The notes below the pieces were generated by a model. It was not told where the DNA came from. It saw nothing but the letters and a program-made list of their open reading frames with translations, and did not search any database. 64,000 bases of DNA, from NCBI GenBank assembly GCA_002633005.1, contig NMRA01000098.1, forward strand, positions 763,186 through 827,185. The letters are read 5' to 3'. This DNA is from Phoronis australis. Taxonomy: Eukaryota > Animalia > Phoronida. The position numbers were made by a program, and so were the translations under genes. Positions 14,401-25,013 of this stretch are shown piece after piece (positions within the stretch are counted from its first letter, which is position 1; every line of letters starts with the position of its first letter).

Positions 14401-17400
14401 TTAACTCAATATTTAGACATGAACAGGATATGTGGCATTAAGATTTGTGATGTCAAGATAATTTTGCACAAAAAGATAGACCTGCACGGCAGCCGAGTAT
14501 ATCAGAATAAAGTCTGGCAGATGTACAGCATTGTGGGTAAGTAGTCTAGTTCCAATAAGAATACCACTAATGCTTTTCACTATTGCACAATTATCAAGGA
14601 ATCCATGGATAATACACAGGCTTTGATGTTTTTGAACATAATATAACTTTAAATTATTTCCGACAATTAATAGTACTCTTCTTTGAGCTAATCGTAGGAT
14701 TTCTCTTGCAATATAAGGATATATTTTGTCACTAACTGAATGCATCTGAATTGTTTCCGTACTTTTTCGGAAGAACTTTTGGAAGCAATTAACTGGTCCT
14801 CGATGGACTGTCGAACTCTACCAACCAAGGCTTCTGTCTGCTTGATTGCACGCAGTACGGAGTACACCCTGAAAAAGGACGATCCGAGTAACAAATATGA
14901 TGTATATAGCTTGGGAGCATCCCTCATTAACACAAACTCCATTAAAAACACAATAACAGCTTCATATGCACTCGCTCATTCTCTCTGGACAGCTTCCAAT
15001 CTTCCAATATGCAGTCGTAAAGCGAATGTCAATAGACATTACAACAAACAAGTTAATGTAGTAGCTATATTTTGAGATCCCATCTCTCATCCACAGGCAC
15101 ATGGTGAAACAAACATGGTGGAAGCGAAAAAAAATGAAATAGAAAATGAGAGCAGGTAGAAGGGCATACAAGCATGGAGTTGAACGTAATGCACGACAGG
15201 AAACACAAAAGCCTCGAGGAAAAGAGCAAACACAATTTCACTGTTTATTTTGCTACCATTATGTTCATTTCACCAAATGCCGAGAATGAGACATGTGCTC
15301 TAGAAATATAGCTACTACTTTTACTTGTTTGTTTATGACTAATTGGCAATTTGCTTTACAACCCCTCACCGGAAAATCGGAAATTGTACAGAGAGTATAA
15401 GCGACTGTATATCAAACTATGCAACAGAAAGTACAGTGCTGTCATGCTTTCAATGAAATGCTGGTGATAATAAACATTAGTGATAACTACAATTATTTTC
15501 AGAAATGCACGCAAATAATAATCACACTACTTATGAGCCTGGATGAGAATAAACAATGGCTGAACTTGATTGACGTCAACAGTTCCACAGGGTCGAAGCC
15601 AATCAAGTGCAGCCAATCCCACCTTCTCATTATTCCTAATGTGCTACTGTACGGCCGGGCAATTAACTCCATAGCAGTACTTAGATGGGAAAGTGGTCTC
15701 TATGAGGTTTGTTATTTCGGGTTCCGATTTCAGAGACTAGTCAAACCTTGTCAACATGTTCAAGCTATAAGAAGGTCTCAGCTGCGCAGGTTCCAGTAGC
15801 AAAGTGGGCTCATCAGTGCTGCCAACTGTTGGTCCGCCATCAATCAGCCCGAAGTAGCCATCCCACATACCAAATATGAGAGAGTTGGACGGGTACTTTT
15901 TGCCTTCTACAACAATCTGAAACAACACCATGATCTAGTACAGGCAAGTGCACACAAACCAGTTACTGCTTTAGCAACTTGTTCAAAGACAAATGTGTTT
16001 TGGCCACGATTCTAAAAGCTTAGAGTAGCGGGTGCAGAACTCACAGGATAAGTGTGCAAATCAGCAGCCTAAAATACCTTCCAGTTCTTAAAACCAGCTC
16101 CCAACCACGCTCCAACTACTGATGTACATCACCAGCTTCCACAAGTGCCCGTCTGTTTAATATGTTTGGTAATTTGTGGATCTCTTGAATGACACAACAG
16201 TTAAAATAACACTAGCAAACCACAGGATAACAGCACTTCATGTCATATCTATCCACATTTATCATAACAATGCACAATGCAACTTCATTACCTGATCCCC
16301 AAGGTGCTTCAGGCCTGTCAGGTCAACCTTCCATTCCACACTCAAGGCGGCGTTAGTCTCTTCGCCAAGCCATACCTTGACAACAAGGTCTGCAGTCAAT
16401 GATATGGAAAATGCACAAACCTCTACTCAGTAAAAGATCGTAGCGAGATACAATTAACCTAAAAATGTTATGTGTTAGTCGAAGATTTACCAAACTGCTC
16501 CAAAAAATTGGCAAGCAAAATAGTTGAAGGATACAGTGCAATGTAACATCCAGACCAGGTATTCTAGACAAGTCAAAACTTCTCCAGATAGGATTCTGTA
16601 ATACAAAATTATAAGATTACTACTAGGCAATAATTAATGTGATGTGAATAGTATAAAGCAGTACATTAAACACTCAAATTCTTTTCAAGCTCTAGAAATC
16701 ACTTCTCATTTGAGTAAGGAACAAGTCGGGATCAGTTTTATAATGATAAGCAATCTCAACCGTAAGCGAGTCAGCAACATATCCAATGCTTTATTACAAA
16801 ACTATTCAAGAAGACTCAGTTGCTGATTAAATTAGTCTAAAGATGTGTACTACTATACTCACAAGAGAGCCTTTCACATGCTCACTTCTATAAAAGTCTG
16901 TAAAGAAACAAAGACCAATAACAGAAATGTTGCGTAAATATTTGAGGAAAGAATTAATGCAGAAGAACAGCATGTTGATGAGAAAAAAAATCAAGATGAT
17001 TCAATTGGATTTGAACCCACTGATATTCGAAGAAAAACGTTATTTGCTGTGAAGCAGCATTGGCAGTTTTCCAAACTTAAAGAAACACAACTGCTTCCAC
17101 CCACTGATAACTGAAGCTCCCACACAGATTTTTGTACAAATTTCACTACCTTTGTTATCACAGTCAGTGTGTAGAGTGAAGTACGATATGAGGTGAGACA
17201 CATCTGAATGTGTGCAACCAAGTGGTAAGGCCAGGTTCCTTGCAGCAATACTTCTCAAGTGACGAAGTCTCTTCTGAAAATTTGAATAGGCAATCAAGTA
17301 ACACGAGTTTCAATATGATATAACCTCTGTAATTTCGGGAAAAAAATACAAACAAAAATATAAATTACTGCCAAAAAGGCTTCTAACATGGCTGTAATTG

Positions 17401-20400
17401 GGCTCAGCTTCTCAAAACATTGTCCAATGGTAGTTACGTCATAGAACTTGATAATGAGAAATTGTAGAATGTTCTCACAATTTTGAAATTTAAAAAAATG
17501 CACTTGACTACCATGTTATGTCCTGAATTGGTCAGATTTTACTGTACGCTACTCTCCATAAACACTGTTGATACAGAGGCGATTAAGATCTATGCAGATA
17601 TGCCCGTGCATATCCAATGCCCATTACACTGTGTTGCCAGCTAACAGGAACATTTAACAAATCTCCAGGCAGGACTTTTCCCCGAGCATCGAGAAATGTC
17701 GAAAAACAACATAACTGCAAAAATATACATTTGGGTTTAAAAGATGCCACTACAAAAATTCAGTTAAAGCATGTCCTTAGTCTACATACACCCATAATTA
17801 GTTTTTTTTTTATTCTGCAAGCACCAAGCCAGTCTGCAACTTTATCAGTTTGGTGAGTTTTTGTTTGAATCGCATTCTTCCGCGAAACAAGGAGCTCGAC
17901 TTTGTCTTGTTCACCAAATTGAAAAAATAAAACAGGGCCAGGAAACATTTTTCTTTAACTTATAAAGTTATACAGCCTCTTTGTTTTATTAATGCTATGA
18001 TTGTTTTGTTTGTTTATAAACATACAGATTTGGCTAAAATGAGGGTAAAGAGTGAACAAACAAAATTATTGAAATAGGTTACCAGTACTAAAAGATTTGC
18101 AAATTAACTTTATTACATTCTGCAGTTAAATTTATGGAGCAGTGATACAAGTCGGCTCTGAGCACCATGAAATAGAATGTTGTTCATTGGCCAATTTGTT
18201 TTTTGCTTATTCTTCAAACAACTATTCAGGTCTCCTTCACAAGGTTGTGCACATAGTATAGTTCACAACAAATTACCACAATTGGTTTCACTTTCCTTTA
18301 CAATTTTAATATTTTATTATTATAAAATCATTTCTAAGCTGATTTTGTTTCTGCAAAGTTGTTACCATCTCCCGAGAGATGTCACAAAATTTAAGCAAAT
18401 GGCACATGGCAAGAGCATAGTATTTTGAAGGTAATTAGTTTTTCATTGCTACAAAAGTAGAAGAGTGAGACATTAAAATAAAATACAGCAAAGTTTCAAC
18501 TGTAATGGCAGTAAGGGGGCACGGTGAGTGCCTTGCTGTATTTTGATGCTATTTTACATACAACTCGCTGCATGGCTGGCTATACTGACTCAGCTAGCCT
18601 ATGCTCTCAGGAGTCTATGGAGTATTCCTGACTATCACACAAGCCAAGACTCCATAACATATATTACTCATCCAGTATTCATTTGTTGACAATGAACCCC
18701 TACTGAGTAGGTGGTTAAGCTACATTGTGGACATAATTACACAAACACTAGTTTGGTTCATACCCTCCCCCTTGGCGGCCACAAAAAATAAAACAGTGAA
18801 AGTGTTAGGAAATACTGACTTTATTAATTCCCCCCAAGGTAAATAACATAATAGGACCAAAGCAAAATCAGAGAATGTGTGGCATTTCATTTTGTGTGAG
18901 AATTTGAGGAGGGGGGGCTCAGCCCTGAGTTCAAGTGTCCGACTCAAACAACAGTGGTGTAATCGTAACGATAACTATGGCTAGCTAAGTAATGCCACTC
19001 TCGATCAATATGCATGCGATATCCCAGGCAACCGGCAATGGTGCTGCACACTACTACTCAGTTTCCGCCATCTGCTTCACTGTGCAATGAAGAAAATTGC
19101 TTATTTCTTTTCAAAGAAAACAGAAGTTGAGTGACAAAGAAGAAACAGAAGCTAATGGTAAGATGTAACTTCTAATCAAAGCCTTAGTGAATCACTCAAA
19201 TACTCATGATTCTCTCTTCGTCAAACATTAAAGTTAAAACAATAATGCCAACACAAAAAATGATTTGATCTTTTGGGCAACTTAAGACTGTTTTAAACAC
19301 AAGAACAGATTGCATAAAAATGTAAAGCGTGTAATAAACATAACAGAAAAAAGCAGGTCCGCACACGCTGTGGGCCATAAACAAGTATTCTCTAGGCAAG
19401 CTAATTAAGTTGGAAGCATGGTAGCACAGTGGAAGAGTACGTGCGCTCTGACCAATGGGTCGTGAGCTCGTATCAATGCACAAATTTTTTGACACTAAAT
19501 CACAAGTAGCAATACCGCGGGTAAATTGTTTAAATGCTTCAAAACAAGGATTGTTAACTTGCTCATTTAAAAAGCCTTCTTTCAGGGTTGTTTATAATTC
19601 AGAAATCAAGGAAAAAGAGGCAAAAACAAAATTTTCACCTGGGCAGAGGGGGGGGGGGAACCCCCGACCTTCCCCATTCGGGGCTACGCGCCACTACAGT
19701 CGCACAAAGCATATTGTTTACGAGAAAAAATGTTGGGCTCCCTTATGATATCTTAGATCCGGCATTTTTGGTTGAGCTGTTGAGTGATTAACCGATCGTG
19801 AGACGATTCGCCTAGTTTCGGGCTGTATCAACTCTAGGCAATGACCATCGCCTCTGTTGGCCCGAAGCAGAGGCGATGTAGAGGCTATAGGCGCTCTGTA
19901 CGCCGGAAGCTTTTCGGCGAATTTTGCCTCGCACCGACTAAACCATCAAAGTCACGTTGTTATAAATACCTTTTGCGCATAGAGGAACACCTTAGGAGGT
20001 TGTCGATGTGTTTAATTCCTTCCAACTCGAACAAATACTCCCGTTATGAAACTTTTTCTTCGAGCAGTCCCTATTTCAGTTCCCAAAATCGTGAACTCAA
20101 CTTTTTCATTTTTTTAACCAGGCCGAAGGTCAGAAGTTGCGGACCTACCGGCGAACTTTGAAAGCTGAAGTTCCCGCCCTTCGCGTACGTGCTGCCGGGA
20201 ACCAGTCGTGCATTTGCCGTGTTGTTAAACATTAAAATGTCAAATATGTGCACAAAGACTATTAAATGTCATATCAACAGCATTTATTTTTATCAAATAC
20301 AAACAATGATTCATTGAAATACAATCAGTTTCAAGTAACGCCAATTAAAGACAAGTATAAGTGGTGGCATTTTGGAAACGAACATTTGACTGCCAAGACC

Positions 20401-20846
20401 GCAATGGCTCACCTTTGGCCTATTTAAAGATTGAGGTCATGAATTGGAGCGTGCGCAGTATAAAAAAGTTGAGTTCACGATTTTGGGAACTGAAATAGGG
20501 ACTGCTCGAAGAAAAAGTTTCATAACGGGAGTATTTGTTCGAGTTGGAAGGAATTAAACACATCGACAACCTCCTAAGGTGTTCCTCTATGCGCAAAAGG
20601 TATTTATAACAACGTGACTTTGATGGTTTAGTCGGTGCGAGGCAAAATTCGCCGAAAAGCTTCCGGCGTACAGAGCGCCTATAGCCTCTACATCGCCTCT
20701 GCTTCGGGCCAACAGAGGCGATGGTCATTGCCTATATCAACTCTTGACTTCATTCCAGTAATCAGATTGAGATTGCCATTAGCACGCACCTGGTGAGTAG
20801 GCAAGTCTAGGTACTTTCCTCTCCCCAACGGATCATATGTAGACAT
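5496..20846 (-). CDS. UVRAG: UV radiation resistance-associated gene protein (Vps38 orthologue, PI3KC3 complex II subunit); 15 coding exons, 732 aa
   Basis: GT-AG exons with consistent phase: 20846-20790, 17273-17150, 16897-16863, 16595-16535, 16389-16292, 15916-15747, 14868-14763, 14350-14224, 13855-13771, 13375-13282, 12916-12838, 11172-11007, 10170-10092, 6871-6780, 6321-5496 (sum 2199 nt). Peptides match vertebrate UVRAG motifs: QKRLRHLRSIAARN, YFTLH, FYRSE, NPIWRS, EWKVDLTGLKHLG, IFGMWDGYFG, CGVKLPNSEDFQ, AVALGYTAH, FPLY..YLLNKNIAQ, DLRLTLPNLK. Confidence 0.95.
7648..9969 (-). mobile_element. HINE/DINE-1-like Helentron-associated non-autonomous element with an internal ~147-bp tandem array (in a UVRAG intron)
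   Basis: One end reads acaagagc..gcgttgaaatgcgcccac and the other gcacccacatataaatatgtgagtgcataaaaa. These are reverse complements of the ends of the 26179-27940 copy. About 14 internal units each carry a ccactagggggca-like motif. Confidence 0.75.
10512..10785. repeat. 20-bp tandem repeat (tagtcataataaagtatg, about 5 copies) followed by (AAT)n low-complexity sequence
   Basis: Directly visible in the sequence. Confidence 0.85.
11260..12288. mobile_element. MITE, Tc1/mariner-pogo-like
   Basis: TIRs CCGTATTCGCCCTAATAAGTGCC and GGTGCTTATTAGGGCAAATACGG, with TA before the left end. An inverted second copy lies at 38049-38891. Confidence 0.8.
12990..13143 (-). mobile_element. tRNA-derived SINE fragment
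   Basis: Minus strand reads gcgtctgcacggtaagcagaaggtcctGGGTTCAAGTCCcagtcggggca (B box and T-arm), then ccaacagatggcgtgcagacaccacttaaat, which is shared with 31085-31245. Confidence 0.6.
19835..20734. mobile_element. Fold-back non-autonomous DNA transposon with TAGGCAATG termini, ~270-bp TIRs and a 9-bp TSD (AcademH- or MULE-like)
   Basis: TSD tatcaactc at 19826-19834 and 20735-20743. The arms are near-identical, so the same spurious ORF appears on both strands. Confidence 0.9.
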
Positions 20847-20949
20847 AGTTCACAGCGAGAGAAAATTAGTAAAATTGATCAACGAAGTATCTGGAAACCA
20901 AAAAAGATTTTCTTATACTCTAAGAAATTCGCGAACCTCCCCTCGTCCA

Positions 20950-21300
20950 CCATTTTGGATGAATTTTCTTCAAATCACATGATTTCGAAACAAATATTGC
21001 TTACATTTTAGCGTTAATTTTGGTTATTATTAAACTCATCTAGTTATTTCAACTTGTCAAAAATATACCAAGATGTTTTGCAAAAAATCTCGAAATTCAC
21101 GCTCGCATTCCATTAAAAAATTCCCAATGTTCGGCTATATATTTTTGTTTGAAAGAAAGGAATATGCATGTGACTTCCGGACTTCCGTATTTTCTTTTTT
21201 TTCTGGGAGAGTGCTTGCTGTCTAAACTATAATTTTGGGTACTGTTAGCCCTGGTCAGTGTCAACTCAAATTGGTGCAAAGTTACGAATATCGCCGTAGT
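20950..21300. promoter_or_regulatory. Putative bidirectional promoter for UVRAG and LAMTOR4
   Basis: Lies between the UVRAG first exon (-) and a candidate LAMTOR4 non-coding first exon ending at donor gtaagt (21299). Motifs: TCACATGA 20975-20982, CATGTGAC 21167-21174, tandem ETS-like ACTTCCGG/ACTTCCGT 21173-21188. Confidence 0.6.
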
Positions 21301-21385
21301 AAGTCACTAGTTAGATGTATTAATAGCCAGCCAGCGTTTCACGAAGACTAGCCAGCTAGTCTGCTTATTACTTCAATCCCAATAC

Positions 21386-22251
21386 TAACTAACTAAGCAA
21401 TGTTAATGTTAGCAATGACCATCGCCTCTGTTGGCCCAAAGAAGAGGCGATGCAAAGGTTATAGGCGCTCTGTACGCCGGAAGCTTTTCGGCGAATTATG
21501 CCTCACACCGACTAAACCATCAAAGTCACGTTGTTATAAATACCTTTTGCGCATAGAGCCTAGAGGAACACCTTAGGAGGTTGTCGATGTGTTTAAGTCC
21601 TTCCAACTCGAACTAATACTCCCGTTATGAAACTTTTTCTTCGATCAGTCCCTATTTCAGTTCCCAAAATCGTGAAATCAAAATTTTCATTTTTTTTAAC
21701 CAGGCCGATGGTCAGAAGTTGCGATCCTACCGGCAAACTTTGAAAGCTGAAGTTCCCGCCCTTAGCGTACGTGCTGCCGGGAACCAGCCGTGCAAATACA
21801 AACAACAATTCTTTGAAATTCAAACAGTTTCAAGTAACGCCAATTAAAGACAAGTATAAGTGGTGGCATTTTGGAAACGAACATTCGACTGACAAGACCG
21901 CAATGGCTTACCTTTGGCCTATTTAAAAATTGAGGTGATGAAGTCACATCACGTAGCGAGCGCGGTAAAAATTGAAGCATGCGCAGTACAAAAATTTTGA
22001 TTTCACGATTTTGGGAACTGAAATAGGGACTGCTCGAAGAAAAAGTTTCATAACGGGAGTATTTGTTCGAGTTGGAAGGACTTAAACACATCGACAACCT
22101 CCTAAGGTGTTCCTCTATGTGCAAAAGGTATTTATAACAATGTGACTTTGATGGTTTAGTCGGTGCTAGGCATAATTCGCCGAAAAGCTTCCGGCGTACA
22201 GAGCGCCTATAGCCTCTGCTTCGGGCCAACAGAGGCGATGGTCATTGCCTA
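21386..22251. mobile_element. Second copy of the TAGGCAATG fold-back element, left end scrambled
   Basis: 9-bp TSD tcccaatac at 21377-21385 and 22252-22260; long inverted arms homologous to 19835-20734. Confidence 0.88.
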
Positions 22252-22444
22252 TCCCAATACTAGTCAGCCAACCAGCAAGTAGACTGACCACCATCCTACT
22301 GGCACTGCCAGTTAGGACGGTGGAGCTCCTCTAGGGGCTACATATGCCGGAAGCTTTTTGGCGAATTATGCTTCGCACTGACTAAAACATCGAAGTCACA
22401 TTGTTATAAATACCTTTTGGGCATAGAGAGACACCTTAGGTGAA

Positions 22445-23170
22445 TGGTTGGCACAAAGCTGTATACTAAATATAAAAGTGGCAAGATAAAATCTGACAAA
22501 AAATTAGTGTCATTAAAAACTAGAGTCTTCCTTGAGTAAACTAAGTTATTTAACGGTGTTGGAAAAAATGCCGTTCTACCGTTATTCTGCGTCTAAAGTT
22601 GTGGAGCGATCTTTAGCGACGTGACGGCTTTCGGCGTCATGAAATATTGCATCACCTATTGGCCAGTTTCTTTTTTCGCCGATTCTTCTATCAACTGCTG
22701 TTCTTTCACAAGGTTGCGTACATGTCGCAACAAATTATGAGAACTGGTTTCACTTCATTATAATTTTTAGAATTTTGATAAATCGAAAAACCGAATTTCA
22801 GAACAAATTTTGCTGCTGCAAAGTTGTCGCAAAAATTTAAGAAATGGAGTGTGCGTGTGACACCAGCGTACTGTTTTAAAAACGATGACATACCTTTCAT
22901 TGTTATAAAAGGCGGAGAGTTACGTTTATTGCATTGTTTTTCACTTAAACAGCTGTAACGGACAAGGTGAGTGTCGGTTGATTCCCAGATTTTGCATGCA
23001 CCCCGTCAGGTCTTAGCTTTACATGTTGATACAAGTTTAACGGCGAGGTGATGAGCAGAACTACCCTGGCTGTGTGCAATTTTGGGGTCTACGGAAGAAA
23101 TACACACAGTGTTACATTGCTGTATTTTGACGACAGTCTTCGTACAGCTAGCTGCTGGCTACTTAGGTGG
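22445..23170 (+). repeat. Interspersed repeat family with three copies in the window (also 39350-40185 on - and 44383-45030 on +)
   Basis: Shared blocks caaagctgtatact..atctgac..aaaattagtg..ttccttg.gtaaact and aacggacaaggtgagtgtcggttgattcccagattttgcatgcac. Confidence 0.8.
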
Positions 23171-23339
23171 CCCCTATATTCAATTCCTTCCAACTCAAAC
23201 ACATACTCCCTTTATCAAACTTTTTCTTTGAGCAGCGCCTCATTCAGTTCCCGAATTCGGTAACTCGCCATTTTCTCTCTGCGCACGCCAGGGAATATGA
23301 CGTCATACCACCTGTCGTGCTCAGTGTTAAAAATGATGA

Positions 23340-23748
23340 GTAATCTCAGTTATTACTACAAATGGCGTAGTTGTTAAACGGATGATCTACCGATGAAGAA
23401 TTCCCAACTAGCACCCATGGACCTCGGAAGGTGTGCATGGTTGTGGTGATGATAAAAGTTCCAGGAGTCGAAGACCTGTATGACAGACAACCTTGTGTTC
23501 ACCTGTGTTGTGGTGGTAAAGGCACCAAGGGAAGTTGGTGACCTGAATGCGGGACAACCTGGTGTTCACCTTCCTAGTGGTGTGCCTATTCTGTAGGAAA
23601 GGGGGGAATGTTGCAGATGTGCTTATAGTGAATCGTATGAGCCTCCGTTAATCACTCGCCAACGGGCAATTGCCTATTAGCTTAATGGTTAGCACACTCG
23701 CTAGTTTTATGGGGGTCGCTGGTTCGGGTAATCTCGACTATTACTACA
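23340..23748 (+). mobile_element. TRIM (miniature LTR retrotransposon) with a tRNA-like LTR, Helenus-like; 5' LTR truncated
   Basis: LTR end ..tattactaCA at 23360. PBS TGGCGTAGT starts at 23363 and is complementary to the tRNA-Ser 3' end. PPT aggaaaggggggaa at 23595-23608. The 3' LTR (TG..CA, 23609-23748) contains an A-box-like TAGCTTAATGG. Confidence 0.75.
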
Positions 23749-25013
23749 ACATTATAGTCTTTATAGCTGTATGGCTGGACAGTGCTTCGCTCAAAAATGA
23801 CGATCCCATACATACTCTATTCGTGGGAAGTTCAGCAACTTGTGCCTCACACAGACTAAACCATCCAAGTCACATTGGTCTAAATACCTTTGATTAGACA
23901 ATGCAATCATTGCAAAAATGGCTAGTTAATGGTGATGAAGTAAGTAATGTGTTGGAAAGAAATCTTTATTCCAGATTTTTTTGAGTTGAAAAGATTCTTA
24001 AAAAGATATCAATGGCCTATTAAGTAAGATGTCCCTCTTATCTTCAAATGGTTCTTCAACATGACTATGGTGGTTTAGCCAGTATGAATCATAATGCGCA
24101 GAAGCATGACATTAGGATGTGTAGCCACCTACATATGAGTTAACCTGGCATTGGTGAGTGAAGGGCACTAGTCTCGTTCAGTGGTCCCATATTTTGAGAA
24201 CTAGTCTGATGCCTGTTATTCAGTAGAGAAAAACTGCAGGCGTTCTCAAAATGTGAGACTTCTGTGAGTGACAGTAAAAAGAAGATACTGTTACCCACAT
24301 AATGTGGACGCATAACAAATTCTTCGATAGTTCTTCATGGAGTTTTAGATGGATTCGACCTATTTTGGGCCTCCTAGTGCCCATTGTTGTTATTTTCATG
24401 TCCTATTCACCAAACTATGGATGTAAGGAGTACTTACCATGTGCCAGCCATTCACTACATGCCCATAGCTTGGCATAGCGCACTTGCAAGTTTCCCAACT
24501 GACAAGAAGAAGTGAAACAAAATCATCCTCTTGTGGCACAACTTCACATGAGATCTATTGGTTTGCCCTGTATACGGAAAACCCGCATGAAGCCATACAG
24601 AACATCAGACAGATTACCAGTGGGCAGTAACCTGTTAGCACCTTGGTGTTAGTAGTGAGCTAATGATCCACCTGGTTTCTTATTTCCCAAAAGTTCTATT
24701 GGAGGTAATGGGCATGGTGTTCAATCACTAGGAACCCTGTCAGTGGTTGAATAATTTAATGAATGTCTTCTGTACTTAAGGTTGCTGTTTATTTAATCTA
24801 TGTAATCAAATGGAGACTGGAGGTACCTATACTCACCTAAAACTACATTCTGACACCTGGCAACTATTTTACTGTGTTGTGTTTATATGTTAATTGGTCT
24901 CGCGAGCCAAATGTTAGAGAAGTGTTGCTTCAACTAACACAATCTTGATAACTTTTTGTGTTCAAACCAGTTGTTTGGTAACTGTGTTCATCTCTTTGTT
25001 CATTTTTCAGACT

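Noticed and set aside
19841-22229. Repeated ~100-155 aa ORFs (MTIASVGPKQRR.. / MARSRGYRRS..) as a gene family
   Set aside because: They lie in the inverted arms of a non-autonomous transposon, are frameshifted between copies and show no recognisable domain.
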